Of a DNA stretch of 64,000 nucleotides, positions 43,301 through 53,853 are shown piece after piece. The first letter of the stretch is position 1; each line of letters begins with the position of its first letter. Origin of the DNA: an uncultured cyanobacterium (GTDB taxonomy: Bacteria; Cyanobacteriota; Cyanobacteriia; Cyanobacteriales; Cyanobacteriaceae); assembly GCA_963710605.1 (NCBI GenBank), contig CAVQBA010000007.1, positions 384,001-448,000 of the forward strand, read 5' to 3'. The translations under genes and the position numbers were made by a program. The notes below the pieces were generated by a model that saw only the letters and a list, made by a program, of their open reading frames with translations, was not told the DNA's origin and did not search any database.

Positions 43301-44831
43301 ATTATTATTGCTTACCCTAATTATTCTGATATTGATAGAGATGAGTCATATTTAGAGTTGGTCTATTTGACTTATTCTAATGCTCAAACTGAAAGTATTG
43401 ATACTCTACTCAAGCTAATCGATCGAGAAAATATAGAGTATCAATGTTTATATATAATTCATAAATTTGAAAAGTGTTGGGATGACCAATTAAAATCTAT
43501 TATTTTCGACAAAATCACCCAGAATCAAGATATTCTAAAACCAAAATCCTTAGAACAATTGTGTCAGCAACTTATACAACATAATTATTTAGAAGTTATC
43601 AAGTTTATCAAATTATTTATCAAAACTTTTTCTCCTTCTAGCAATCAAATAGAAAAAGATAAGATTTTTATTGCGATAAAATTATTAATTAACAATACAC
43701 TAAGTCAGAGATCAGGATTCAGAAAGTTGGGAATTAATTTGGCAAATTATTCAACAAGATACTCAATTTGGACGTGAAATAGTAGAGAAGTTACATTATC
43801 CTGTTGTCGGTGGATTTAATCTCAATCTAACAGCAACTCAATTAGCAGATTTTTATATTTGGCTTGTGCAACAATGTCCTTATGATAAAGATCGAGTAGT
43901 AAGTCTTAGAAACTATCTTTTAAATCAGCTAATAGAAACAAAAACAATTCAAGGATGTCGAGAAATAGAACGTATAATCAAAGTTTTTCCTGAATTAAAT
44001 TGGTTAAAACAATATCTATACGATGCCAAAAAAAATGTGAGACTGAATAGTTGGCAACCTCCTACTCCTGAGGACATTTTTCAGTTAATTGGTGACTCTT
44101 CTAAACGTTTAGTCAATGACGGCAATCAACTTTTAGAAGTATTAATTGAAGCACTAAAAGAATTAGAAAAGAAACTCCAAAATCAACCACAACCAGCAGT
44201 TATAGATTTATGGAATGAACTTAAATCAAATAATGTTAGAGATTTATCCAATTCACTGACAAAAAAATTAAAGGAAAAACCAAAGAAATCTACTCAACCA
44301 CAACTCCAACAAGATGAAAAAATTGAAATTTGGGAGAAAATAGACTGGAAAAAAACTCAAAGTTATAGCTTTTATACTCCTAAAGACGAAGAAAGAATAT
44401 CGGACTATATCAAACGCTATTTAGAAGATTATCTCAAAGGAAAAGGTATCATTCTCAATCGTGAAGCTCAAATTAGTAGAAAAGATGAAACTGATATTAA
44501 AGTCGATGCTGTCAAAAAAGTTAAAGATAAAGAAGAATATGATTGTATAACTGTCATTATTGAAGTTAAAGGTTGTTGGCATTCAGAGTTAGAGACAGCG
44601 ATGAAAACTCAACTAGTCGATCGTTATTTAAAAGATAATACCTGCAAACATGGTATTTATCTTATCGGTTGGTTTGATTGTCCACAATGGGATGATAATG
44701 ACAGTAGGAAAAAAAAGACTCCGAAAATGGATTGGGAAGAGGCTAAAACAGAATATAAAAAGCAAGCTGAAACATTTTCTGTATCTGGAGTTAATGTTAA
44801 GGCTTTTGTTTTGAATACCGCACTTAGATAA
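40307..44831 (+). pseudogene. NACHT/STAND-type NTPase with long helical region and C-terminal PD-(D/E)xK nuclease, frameshifted as assembled
   Basis: Walker A GEAGMGKST, Walker B LFLDSLDE, ITCR, GFAHKTYAEFLAA; C-terminal NRE...ETDIKV...IIEVKG; one extra base near 43705-43712; 1507 aa when repaired. Confidence 0.8.
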
Positions 44832-45096
44832 TTTTCTTTTAACAATACAACCAAGAGTTAAAATGTGCGATCGTTCTTAAACTACTAAAAAATTAATCTT
44901 GTTACTCTTCTTCTTTAGAGTTTACCTTCGTAAATATGAAAATGAAACGATCGTTTTAAAATTCATCGCTGTATTTAAAGTTATAGACTATTGATTTCTA
45001 GTTCATTTTAATGAACGTAACCTATTAGCCTCGTCAATTCATTGCGAGGTGGTTGATTTACGACTCTCAATTATTTTTGAGAATGATTTAAGTTTT

Positions 45097-45402
45097 TTAA
45101 TCATTACTGTTTTCATCAAATAATATCTTTAAATCACGATAACCACTGATAATACGAACAATAACAATACCCTCATCGTGGGGATAATAAAAAATTAGGT
45201 AATCTCTTAGTGAAAATCCTGTTAAATTTGGTCTTATTTGTGCATAAGACTTACCCATATGAGGAAAATTGGCGACTAACTTACATTTTTGCCGAATTGC
45301 ATCAAATAGATTATTCGCAAAACTTGGATTACTTTGAGCTATATAATCACAAATTTCATTTATATCTTTAATTGCATCCTCTGAAAATTGGTAATTTGCC
45401 AT
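45097..45402 (-). CDS. RelE/ParE-family toxin
   Basis: AIKDINEICDYIA...FPHMGK...YLIFY...IVRIISGYRD. Confidence 0.9.
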   Translation of the reverse strand: MANYQFSEDAIKDINEICDYIAQSNPSFANNLFDAIRQKCKLVANFPHMGKSYAQIRPNLTGFSLRDYLIFYYPHDEGIVIVRIISGYRDLKILFDENSND

Positions 45403-45659
45403 TACTCCAATCCATATTCTTCTTTTAATTTTCTTTGCAACTGCTCAAAAACTAACTCACCATCAGTTACATTCCCTGCTAAAATTTGCTCTGTTGCACG
45501 ATCGATTTTTTGTCGTAATTCTTCTAACTGAGGATTAGTTTCGTTATTTTCTTCACTTATAATAATAATTTCTACCTTTTCTCCTTGCACAAATGGTAAA
45601 TCAGATAAAACTAACTGTTGAGGATTATCGATTGTCACATATTTTTTGTAAGCATTCAT
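45402..45659 (-). CDS. antitoxin with ParD-like C-terminus
   Basis: Stop/start overlap with toxin (TAATG); acidic C-terminal LEELRQKID...VTDGELVFEQL. Confidence 0.75.
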   Translation of the reverse strand: MNAYKKYVTIDNPQQLVLSDLPFVQGEKVEIIIISEENNETNPQLEELRQKIDRATEQILAGNVTDGELVFEQLQRKLKEEYGLE

Positions 45660-46026
45660 AAATTTATTTGGTTAATATTTTTATTATTGTCTATTGTGAC
45701 TGTTATTTTCTTGATGACATAATTTATCCATTATATCTACCACCTTGAAATTAATTTCAAGGCTCATCAAAATCGTTTAATCAATTAAACTACTATTCAA
45801 AATACGCTGTAATCAACAATCATAAAGTACGTTTAATTCTCTTACTGAACAATTCTCAATTCTTTATCCTAGCCTCGTCAATTTATTGCGAGGTGGTTGA
45901 TTTTAGACTCTCGATTATTTTTAAGAATCATTGAGGCTTTTTAGTCATATAAAATCAAGTTAGTTAATACCTAAGTCAAGATTGAGTTAAAATTAAACTG
46001 ACCTGAAGAAAAAAACAGGATAATTA

Positions 46027-47127
46027 ATGGAATCAGTTATCTGCGTTGCTTTACCCGACAATTCTTACTCAATTTATGTCACTAATAATGGATTACCCCT
46101 CATTGGCGATAAACTGAGTCAATTGCCCAAAAAACTGGGTAAAAAAATCTTGGTTATTTCTAATCCTGAAATTTTTGATTATTACGGCGAAACAACAGTA
46201 AAATCTCTACAAGAAGCTGGTTTTGATGTTAGTTATCATTTAATTCCCGCAGGTGAAAGTTATAAAAATTTTGATTCAATTTCCACAATTTACGATCGAG
46301 CTTTAGAATGTAAATTAGAACGTAGTTCAACTCTCGTCGCTTTAGGCGGTGGTGTTATTGGCGATATGACAGGTTTTGCTAGTGCCACTTGGCTTCGGGG
46401 TATCAACTTCGTGCAAATACCGACTTCTTTACTGGCGATAGTCGATGCTTCTGTCGGTGGTAAAACAGGTATTAATCACCCTAAAGGTAAAAATTTGATT
46501 GGTGCTTTTTATCAACCTAAATTAGTTTTAATCGATCCGACTGTACTCAAAACCCTTCCAGAGCGAGAGTTTAAAGCAGGTATGGCGGAGGTTGTGAAAT
46601 ATGGAGTAATTTGGGATGAAGATCTTTTTGAGCAATTAGAAGAAGCTGAGAACATCGATAGCTTGGAAAATATTGACCCTGCGTTTCTCAACGATATTTT
46701 AACTCGATCGTGTCAAGCAAAAGCAGAAGTAGTTGCTCAAGACGAGAAAGAATCGGGTATCAGAGCGATTTTAAATTACGGACATACGATCGGTCATGCG
46801 ATCGAAAGTTTAACAAATTACGATACTTTTGTCCACGGTGAAGGTGTCGCTATCGGTATGGTAGCCGCAGGTGCGATCGCTGTTGAGATGAATTTATGGA
46901 CATCTGCCCAAGCCCAAAGACAAAACGAATTATTAGCTAAAGTAGGTTTACCGACGAAGATACCCGATTATTTAGATATTGAACAAATCATCGCTAACTT
47001 ACAAAATGATAAAAAAGTTAAAGATGGTAAAGTACGTTTTATCTTACCAACAACGATCGGTAAAGTGGTAATTACAGATAAAGTCGATCGTGAATTATTG
47101 CTTAAGGTTTTACCTTCATTACAATAA
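46027..47127 (+). CDS. aroB: 3-dehydroquinate synthase
   Basis: [56 protein letters not shown]. Confidence 0.97.
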   Translation: MESVICVALPDNSYSIYVTNNGLPLIGDKLSQLPKKLGKKILVISNPEIFDYYGETTVKSLQEAGFDVSYHLIPAGESYKNFDSISTIYDRALECKLERSSTLVALGGGVIGDMTGFASATWLRGINFVQIPTSLLAIVDASVGGKTGINHPKGKNLIGAFYQPKLVLIDPTVLKTLPEREFKAGMAEVVKYGVIWDEDLFEQLEEAENIDSLENIDPAFLNDILTRSCQAKAEVVAQDEKESGIRAILNYGHTIGHAIESLTNYDTFVHGEGVAIGMVAAGAIAVEMNLWTSAQAQRQNELLAKVGLPTKIPDYLDIEQIIANLQNDKKVKDGKVRFILPTTIGKVVITDKVDRELLLKVLPSLQ

Positions 47128-47336
47128 TCAATTTTTTTGAATAACTGTAAATTTTTACTTTAATTTTGGTTCTGAAATCATATTTGTTTCTAGTAACAAT
47201 TAGATAATTAATTTACTGTGCAGAACATTATAGCCTTTCTCATCTTCACGAGGTACAACAAAAAATAATGGTAAGTCCCCCTTGGCTTCGGGGGATTTAG
47301 GGGGATTAATTTTTTGTTCGTTTTTTAAGTTCGGTA

Positions 47337-47912
47337 TTAAATTACATCAGAGCGAGTTAATCGTGAATTACTAATTAAAGTTTTGCCAACATTGAAATGA
47401 TTTTGATAAAATAACCCTTTACGGAAACTAATGCGTAATTTCAGTAGATAACGAAACCAGATTCTCGCAGGAGTATCAAAAAAAGTAAAAATATCCCCAA
47501 AAGCTACCTTAGAATTTTGATGGTGTAACGAATGTATCTCAGGTGTAGTAATAAAACAGATACGACATAATTTAGTAATCAAACTCGGTGTTTTCCAATC
47601 AAGAATCGAAACGTGTCGCCAAACCAGATGAAATTCACCTAAAATGATACCGAGGATGACTCCTGCGGGTGAAATTTGCCATAACCAAGGAATAAAGACA
47701 AAATAAGGTAATGCACCAAAAAAACCATCTAGCATCACCAAAGGGTTTTTCGTTAAAACAGCATAATGAATAAAACTACGATTTTTACTATGATGTACTA
47801 AAGAATGAAATTTGCCAAAAATATGTTCAGGTACATGATAGATAAAAGTAGAGAAAAAATCACCGAATAGTAATAAAAGAAAAGAAACTAAAAAAGCTTT
47901 AATTAAAAACAC
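47337..47912 (-). CDS. sterol desaturase/fatty acid hydroxylase superfamily membrane protein
   Basis: His boxes YHVPEH, HSLVHH, HLVWRH, HSLHH with TM segments; GTG start. Confidence 0.8.
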   Translation of the reverse strand: MFLIKAFLVSFLLLLFGDFFSTFIYHVPEHIFGKFHSLVHHSKNRSFIHYAVLTKNPLVMLDGFFGALPYFVFIPWLWQISPAGVILGIILGEFHLVWRHVSILDWKTPSLITKLCRICFITTPEIHSLHHQNSKVAFGDIFTFFDTPARIWFRYLLKLRISFRKGLFYQNHFNVGKTLISNSRLTRSDVI

Positions 47913-48401
47913 AATAGACTCCTCATAAACTAACTTTAGATTAAGGAGTTATTATTAAATAAATATAAAGATAAAATTAAGTTTTGGTAATCTAATTGAT
48001 ATTTATTTAAATTTATGCTATGGATAACTTTTTCTTAAATCTTTGTTAACTATTTAATCAATCTATTTTCATTAATCACAACTTAAAGCAACTAGACATA
48101 GATTTTCAGAAGCTCGAAGATAAAAGAAGAAACGATCGTCCAGAAATTAATCGCCAAATTTATATTGAGCCAAAAAAACAGTAATTGTCAATATTTTTGA
48201 CTAATTATTAACATCACGATACATAGATAAATACAAAGAGTTATCAATAGTTAATTATAACTAATCAAACGTAACTAAAATTAACAAATAATCAAATAAA
48301 TAAAAGCCAGATTTATAACCGAAAAGATCTAATTAATGTTAGGTTATGTTAAGTCATTTTCATATACTCAATTTTGATTCAAATTAAGAAAATATTCATT
48401 C

Positions 48402-50330
48402 ATGGTTAATATATCTCGTCGCAGTCTCCTCAAACTGTCTGCTTTTGTTAGTCTTTTTAGTTTAATTGGTTATTCTCGTATCGCCAAACCAAAACCAACA
48501 TTACATCGTTGGGATAAATTAGAATTGCCTCGTATTCTCAGCAAACCAAAAAAAGTAGTTGTTATTGGTGGCGGATTAGCAGGATTAGCCGCAAGTTACG
48601 AATTATCTCGTCGAGGTTTTGCCGTCACCTTACTAGAAAAAGCACCACAACTAGGAGGTAAAATTGCCAGTTGGGAGATAGAAGTAGGTGAAGATAAGTT
48701 AAAAATGGAGCATGGTTTTCATGGTTTTTTCCCTCAATACTATAACTTGAAAAGTATTGTCAAAGAAATTGACATCGAAAACAATTTTCAACCTTTAGAT
48801 TTTTACTCCCTAGTTTTCAAAGATAGCAAATACAAAACTGAAGAATTTCGCCCTAGTCACTCTTCTTTTCCTTGGAATATTGTTGATTTAGCTTTTTCTT
48901 CTCGTAATGCCCTCAAATGGGGTATAAATATAACCAATCCTGAACATTGGCGGGTGTTTCATGCTATCACTAGTTTTAGTATTCCTAAAAGTTATCGTTA
49001 TTTAGATGATATATCGGTAACTGATTGGGCGAATAGAGGTATTCCTAAAGGTTTATACGATTTATATTTCCTACCTTTTGCCAAATCCTCTCTTAATTCT
49101 CCTGATACTTTAAGTACTGGTGAACTGATGCAGTTTTTTCATTTTTACTTTTTTGGTAATCCCGAAGGTTTGGCTTTTAATGGTACGGTGGATGATATGG
49201 GTACTAGTTTGGTTGATCCTATTACCAAAGCGATCGAAAATAATGATGGTAAAATTATTACCGAAGCTACCGTTAGTAAAATTAATTATCAGGATAACAA
49301 AATCACCTCAGTTGAATATTATCAGGGTAATGAAGTAGGAAGTGTTGCCTTTTGGGTAGATAAAAATCCTTTATTAGCAGACGATGATTACGACTATTAT
49401 GGTGCAGGAGATAATTTATTCGCCGTCAAAAAAGAAACTAACGAAGCCTTTTCTTTAAGTTGTACTCATCAAGGTTGTACAGTTAATCATCAAGAAGATG
49501 GTAAATTTGTTTGCCCTTGTCATGGTGCAGTCTATGATAATGAAGGTAAAGTATTACAAGCACCTGCCCCTCGTAATCTACAAACTTATCAAGTAGTCGC
49601 CCAAGCCGAAAACCGTATCCAATTACAAAGTAATCAAACAACTGAAACGGCGAATCAAGCACATCAAACAATTGAAGCTGACTATTACGTGATGGCGGCG
49701 GATGTAAATGGTATTAAACACTTATTTGATTTAATCGAAACTGATAGTAGTAACTATCAACAAACAGTAACTCAAGTAGATAGTTTAGCATTAGCTGACC
49801 CTTTCGCTGTCGGGCGTTTTTGGTTAGATAAAGATTTTGCATGGGAAAACAGTAATTTTACTTCTTTATCAGGATATAGTTTGACTGATAGTATTAGTCT
49901 TTATCATCGGATTCAAACTGAATACAAACAATGGGCAGAAAAAACAGGTGGAAGTGTAGTCGAGTTACACGCCTATTGTTATAAAGAAAAAGAATTTCCT
50001 ACCCAAGAAGTTTTATTAGAAACATTTAGAAAAGAGTTGTTAGAAATTGTACCAGAATTAGCAGATGCCAAAATTTTACATCAAGAGTTAGTTAATCAAA
50101 AAAACTTTTCTGGTTATCCTCCTAATAGTTTTCCTCTTCGCCCCGAAACCAAAACCCAAATTAGTAATTTGATGTTTGCAGGAGATTGGGTAAAAATGCC
50201 TTTTCCTTGTGGTTTAATGGAAAGAGCAGTTAGTAGTGGTTTGTTATCAGCTAATGCTATTTTGCAGAAAGAAGGTTTGCAACGTCGAGATTTGTTTTCT
50301 GTCAATCCTTCGGGTGTTTTGTCGATTTAA
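48402..50330 (+). CDS. FAD-dependent oxidoreductase with inserted Rieske domain (CrtU/CruE-like carotenoid desaturase)
   Basis: GGGLAG, EHGFHGFF, Rieske CTHQGC and CPCHGA, FAGDWV...LMERAV; N-terminal SRRSLLK. Confidence 0.85.
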   Translation: MVNISRRSLLKLSAFVSLFSLIGYSRIAKPKPTLHRWDKLELPRILSKPKKVVVIGGGLAGLAASYELSRRGFAVTLLEKAPQLGGKIASWEIEVGEDKLKMEHGFHGFFPQYYNLKSIVKEIDIENNFQPLDFYSLVFKDSKYKTEEFRPSHSSFPWNIVDLAFSSRNALKWGINITNPEHWRVFHAITSFSIPKSYRYLDDISVTDWANRGIPKGLYDLYFLPFAKSSLNSPDTLSTGELMQFFHFYFFGNPEGLAFNGTVDDMGTSLVDPITKAIENNDGKIITEATVSKINYQDNKITSVEYYQGNEVGSVAFWVDKNPLLADDDYDYYGAGDNLFAVKKETNEAFSLSCTHQGCTVNHQEDGKFVCPCHGAVYDNEGKVLQAPAPRNLQTYQVVAQAENRIQLQSNQTTETANQAHQTIEADYYVMAADVNGIKHLFDLIETDSSNYQQTVTQVDSLALADPFAVGRFWLDKDFAWENSNFTSLSGYSLTDSISLYHRIQTEYKQWAEKTGGSVVELHAYCYKEKEFPTQEVLLETFRKELLEIVPELADAKILHQELVNQKNFSGYPPNSFPLRPETKTQISNLMFAGDWVKMPFPCGLMERAVSSGLLSANAILQKEGLQRRDLFSVNPSGVLSI

Positions 50331-50567
50331 TAAATCATTCAGATTAATATTCAATCAGAAAAAAAGCTAAATTTATCTGTTTTAAAACATTTTTGATTTT
50401 AAGTTTAAAGTTAACTTTAGTTAACGTATATGATTAGCCTTGAACTTAAGTTCAAGGCTCAAATAAAAGACTAAAATAAACCTCTCTTCTATTGTAGATT
50501 TTTCACAACCAAGAGATAAAGGAACTAATTATCTGATAAATTTGAGTGATGTAAGTGGGAAAAAAAG

Positions 50568-51320
50568 ATGGTGAAGCTACTTCCTTATCTCATCAAAAAA
50601 GCACTAGATGGCAGTGAAGAAAAAATTATCTTAAACAAATATAAATTAACTTTTGGGCGATATTCTGACAATGATGTGTCTTTACCAGAAAATGAAAACG
50701 ATCGTTGTTATATTTCTCGTCGTAAACATTGTGTTTTAGAGCGAGGCATCGGTGAAGAATGGTTTTTAACTGATACTAGCACGAATGGAACGAGTTTAAA
50801 ACCAGAAGGTGAACAAAGCGAAATTACTTTATTAAAAAAACAAAAAGTAGCGATCGGTAACGGGGATGAGATTTTGATTCATGGATATGTACTAACATTT
50901 TATGACCCTAATCGCACCGATCGTTTGCCAACAAAGTCAACTTCACCTCAAAAATCCAGTCAACCTTCTTTTACTACCCAACCGCCAGATAAGACATTTA
51001 TATACAATTTAAGTCAAACTAATTTATATAAAATAGCAGGTCAAAAACGGGAGCGAGTTCACTTAAATCCCAATGCAAGTAAAATGTTTAATTTCATGGC
51101 GAAAAAAAACTTTGATAATAATAATCAGCCTATTTTGTGTACCTATGAAGATTTAATTAAAGAAGTTTGGGGTGAAAAATCTTTCGATCGTAGTGAGGGT
51201 GATGTTCAAGATTTAGCCAAAATGATTCGAGATGCGTTTAAGAAGCATGATGGTAGTAAAACATTATTAGAAACCAAAAAAAAGCAAGGTTATATTTTAC
51301 ATATTATTTGTGAACCTTAA
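50568..51320 (+). CDS. FHA domain plus C-terminal OmpR-type winged-helix transcriptional regulator
   Basis: FHA motifs FGR, ISR.KH, STNGT; Pro/Ser/Thr linker; wHTH motifs TYEDLIKEVWG and LLETKKKQGY. Confidence 0.85.
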   Translation: MVKLLPYLIKKALDGSEEKIILNKYKLTFGRYSDNDVSLPENENDRCYISRRKHCVLERGIGEEWFLTDTSTNGTSLKPEGEQSEITLLKKQKVAIGNGDEILIHGYVLTFYDPNRTDRLPTKSTSPQKSSQPSFTTQPPDKTFIYNLSQTNLYKIAGQKRERVHLNPNASKMFNFMAKKNFDNNNQPILCTYEDLIKEVWGEKSFDRSEGDVQDLAKMIRDAFKKHDGSKTLLETKKKQGYILHIICEP

Positions 51321-51364
51321 TCAAAAAACTAGCATTTGTAATTTAGGTAATAATGCTACCTCGG

Positions 51365-51421
51365 TTTTCCATTGATTTTCTATGTACTATCCATCTAAAT
51401 CCTTTGTTTTTTTAATAAAAT
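51365..51421 (+). promoter_or_regulatory. triple 11-bp direct repeat plus -10 box upstream of the kinase
   Basis: TTTTCCATTGA/TTTTCTATGTA/CTATCCATCTA, then TAAAAT 18 nt later. Confidence 0.55.
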
Positions 51422-51610
51422 TAAACTATCGCAATTATTAGTATTATGAAGCAGGTATCGATCTCCTTAAATACTCCTTTCTGAAATCGAGTAGTAATAG
51501 CTTCTAGCGATTTTATTCTTTTTGAGAATGAAACAGTCCTGCTGCCTTGCCGAAGGAGGACTTGTTAACACAAACTGTTGCAAGTTTTATTTAAACTAGT
51601 ATTAAATGAA

Positions 51611-51719
51611 TATAGCAATTATCACCATTATGAAATACAAAGAAATCCCCCTAAATCCCCCTTTGTAAAGGGGACTTATTGATCATTAACTGTACCTCAC
51701 AAGTCTGGGAAACGCTATA
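51611..51719. mobile_element. 109-bp MITE-like element carrying a CCCCCTT/AAGGGG hairpin
   Basis: TATAGC...GCTATA ends with imperfect ~29-bp TIR; related element starts at 47229. Confidence 0.6.
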
Positions 51720-51814
51720 TATGAATACATTTTTTTATAAAGAGTTTTAAGCGACAAATATAAATTGCTATATATTAAAGTATAGAGAATAGCACTACAA
51801 CCATAGAATAAACG

Positions 51815-52969
51815 ATGAAAAGATTTCCCGATTATATTTTTGAAAATAATTTATTCGCCTCTAATTATTATCTTAAAAAATTCCTAGGTAGTGGGCAATT
51901 TGGAGCAGTTTATTTAGCAGATGAAGTAATAGATGGAAATAAATTTCGTGAGGTAGCTGTTAAAATTATTCAGAAATCTAATGATTCTATACATCAGAAA
52001 TTAATTACCCGTGAGTTGCAAATAGCTTGCAACTTAAACCACTCAAATATTTTGCAATGTTTCTGTCCAGTAAAAGGTTCTCTTGCCTACACTGATAATC
52101 AGACGAATCAAACGAGAATTAATTCATATAAAGGTTTGGTGATGGAGATTGCCTCACTCAGTTTGGAGAGTTATTTGAAGAAAAAACGACTTTCAGAAAA
52201 AGAAGTTCGAGATATAATTATTGAAATTACTGAAGGTTTAGCCTATTTGCATAGCAGAATTCCTCCTGTTGTACATAGAGATCTTAAACCAGCTAACATA
52301 TTACAGGTAGATGGAATTTGGAAACTAGCAGACTTCGGTATTGCTCGTCCTTTAGATAACGGTTCGATCGCTTATACTCAAGTAGTAGGAACGCCTCAAT
52401 ATATATCTCCAGAAGCATTAAAAGACGAGATAGTTTCAACAGCAGGAGATATGTGGGCTTTAGGTATTATTATTATTGAAATGCTTAGTGGACAATATCC
52501 CTATTCTTTATCAGGAAATTCGATACGGGTTTTATGTCAACGTATTAAAAATGAAAAACCTAATATTCCTCCTTTACCTGCTCCCTTCGATCGAATTGTT
52601 AAGAATTGTTTAGTTAAAGACCGAAAACAACGTTGGACTGCTCAACAAGTACTTGATGTTTTGCAAGAAACAGTAACAGTACCTAACTCTGTTACCACCG
52701 TAATACCGAATAATGATACTAATACAATAATACCTAGTGACTCGATGAGTCAAAAATCTAGCTCTACCAAGCCAACAAAAACGGTCGATCCTGACCTAAA
52801 AACACCTAGCAGATCGTCACAGACAGTTGTTGACTCTTCTTTTCCTCTTTGGCAAAAGGTCGCTATCTCGGCTGTTTTGATGGTGGGTATGATAAGTGGA
52901 ATTTCTGTTTTTTCAAGTTTACCTAATCCTTTTATTGAAAAAGAAGAAAGTCCTCGTCCTGCTTGGTAA
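51815..52969 (+). CDS. membrane-anchored Hanks-type Ser/Thr kinase
   Basis: GSGQFG, VAVK, HRDLKPAN, DFG, GTPQYISPE; S/T/P-rich linker; one TM helix; short C-terminal tail. Confidence 0.93.
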   Translation: MKRFPDYIFENNLFASNYYLKKFLGSGQFGAVYLADEVIDGNKFREVAVKIIQKSNDSIHQKLITRELQIACNLNHSNILQCFCPVKGSLAYTDNQTNQTRINSYKGLVMEIASLSLESYLKKKRLSEKEVRDIIIEITEGLAYLHSRIPPVVHRDLKPANILQVDGIWKLADFGIARPLDNGSIAYTQVVGTPQYISPEALKDEIVSTAGDMWALGIIIIEMLSGQYPYSLSGNSIRVLCQRIKNEKPNIPPLPAPFDRIVKNCLVKDRKQRWTAQQVLDVLQETVTVPNSVTTVIPNNDTNTIIPSDSMSQKSSSTKPTKTVDPDLKTPSRSSQTVVDSSFPLWQKVAISAVLMVGMISGISVFSSLPNPFIEKEESPRPAW

Positions 52970-53029
52970 ACACCTCAAACTGAATAAAAATATTTTTACT
53001 TTTATAACTCGTTATATTTATTAAAAACT

Positions 53030-53647
53030 ATGAAACCTACATTCTCTATCTCAAGCTTTTTTGTTTTATTTAGCACTTATTTCATCCTTCAGGGTTGCCA
53101 AAACTTTAAACAAACACAAGCAGCCACATCAGCGGAGTTCTATTGTGATGAAAAAAACTTGCAAACAAAAGTTGAATCACACTCATATGATAATCCACTC
53201 ACTGTTATTAATTGGAGACAAGATAATGATTACTTTGGAGATGAATGGACTCCGCTAAAAAGATGTCAAGAAGTTTCTCGTCGATTTCAAAATATCTACG
53301 AACGAGATGGCTTGAAGTATATTCAAACCGATCTTGCTCAATGGAAAGATAGAGATATAGCCATTGTCTGTAGTGTCAAAGTTAAGGATACTCGTTGTGA
53401 AGAAAACGATCTTTTGTTGACTTTAGAAAATAAAGACGACCCTAACCAAGTTTTAGGTGATTTAAAAGCTTTCAAAGAAAATCCAATCAATAACAGAGAA
53501 TTAACAAGAGGCGAAAATTCACCAAAAACTTTTTCCGAAGGTAAAAGAGATGTTTATGACATTGAAGAAATATTAAGTTTACCAGAACCACCAAAGCAGT
53601 CAGAAAACAATACTGACTCTTCTGAAACTCCAAAATCAGCATGGTAA
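53030..53647 (+). CDS. COP23-like lipoprotein
   Basis: Lipobox LQGC; FYC, INW, WTPLKRCQEVSRRFQ, IVC...C...LLLTL...DP pattern. Confidence 0.8.
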   Translation: MKPTFSISSFFVLFSTYFILQGCQNFKQTQAATSAEFYCDEKNLQTKVESHSYDNPLTVINWRQDNDYFGDEWTPLKRCQEVSRRFQNIYERDGLKYIQTDLAQWKDRDIAIVCSVKVKDTRCEENDLLLTLENKDDPNQVLGDLKAFKENPINNRELTRGENSPKTFSEGKRDVYDIEEILSLPEPPKQSENNTDSSETPKSAW

Positions 53648-53853
53648 TAAGATTGCTTTGAAAATTACTTAATAAATTGGACTAGATTCAAAAAACAAAA
53701 AGATAAATAGATAAAATTCCTGCTCATTCCTCAACCCCTCTGTTCGTGTCAAGCATCCCCTTACTATTCTCTTGTATCTAACCTTCAAAGAAAAAATTAG
53801 TGACTTACTCATAATAACGATTACTTTGTTTTGTGGAAATTGGTATCACTGTC

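Larger units (their letters stand above)
45026..45948. repeat. 79-bp imperfect direct repeats (45026-45104, 45870-45948) flanking the TA module
   Basis: Ungapped manual alignment with about 10 mismatches. Confidence 0.85.

Noticed and set aside
1974-44831. Programmed ribosomal frameshifting in the split genes
   Set aside because: No common slippery sequence or stimulatory structure, and the gene families are unrelated
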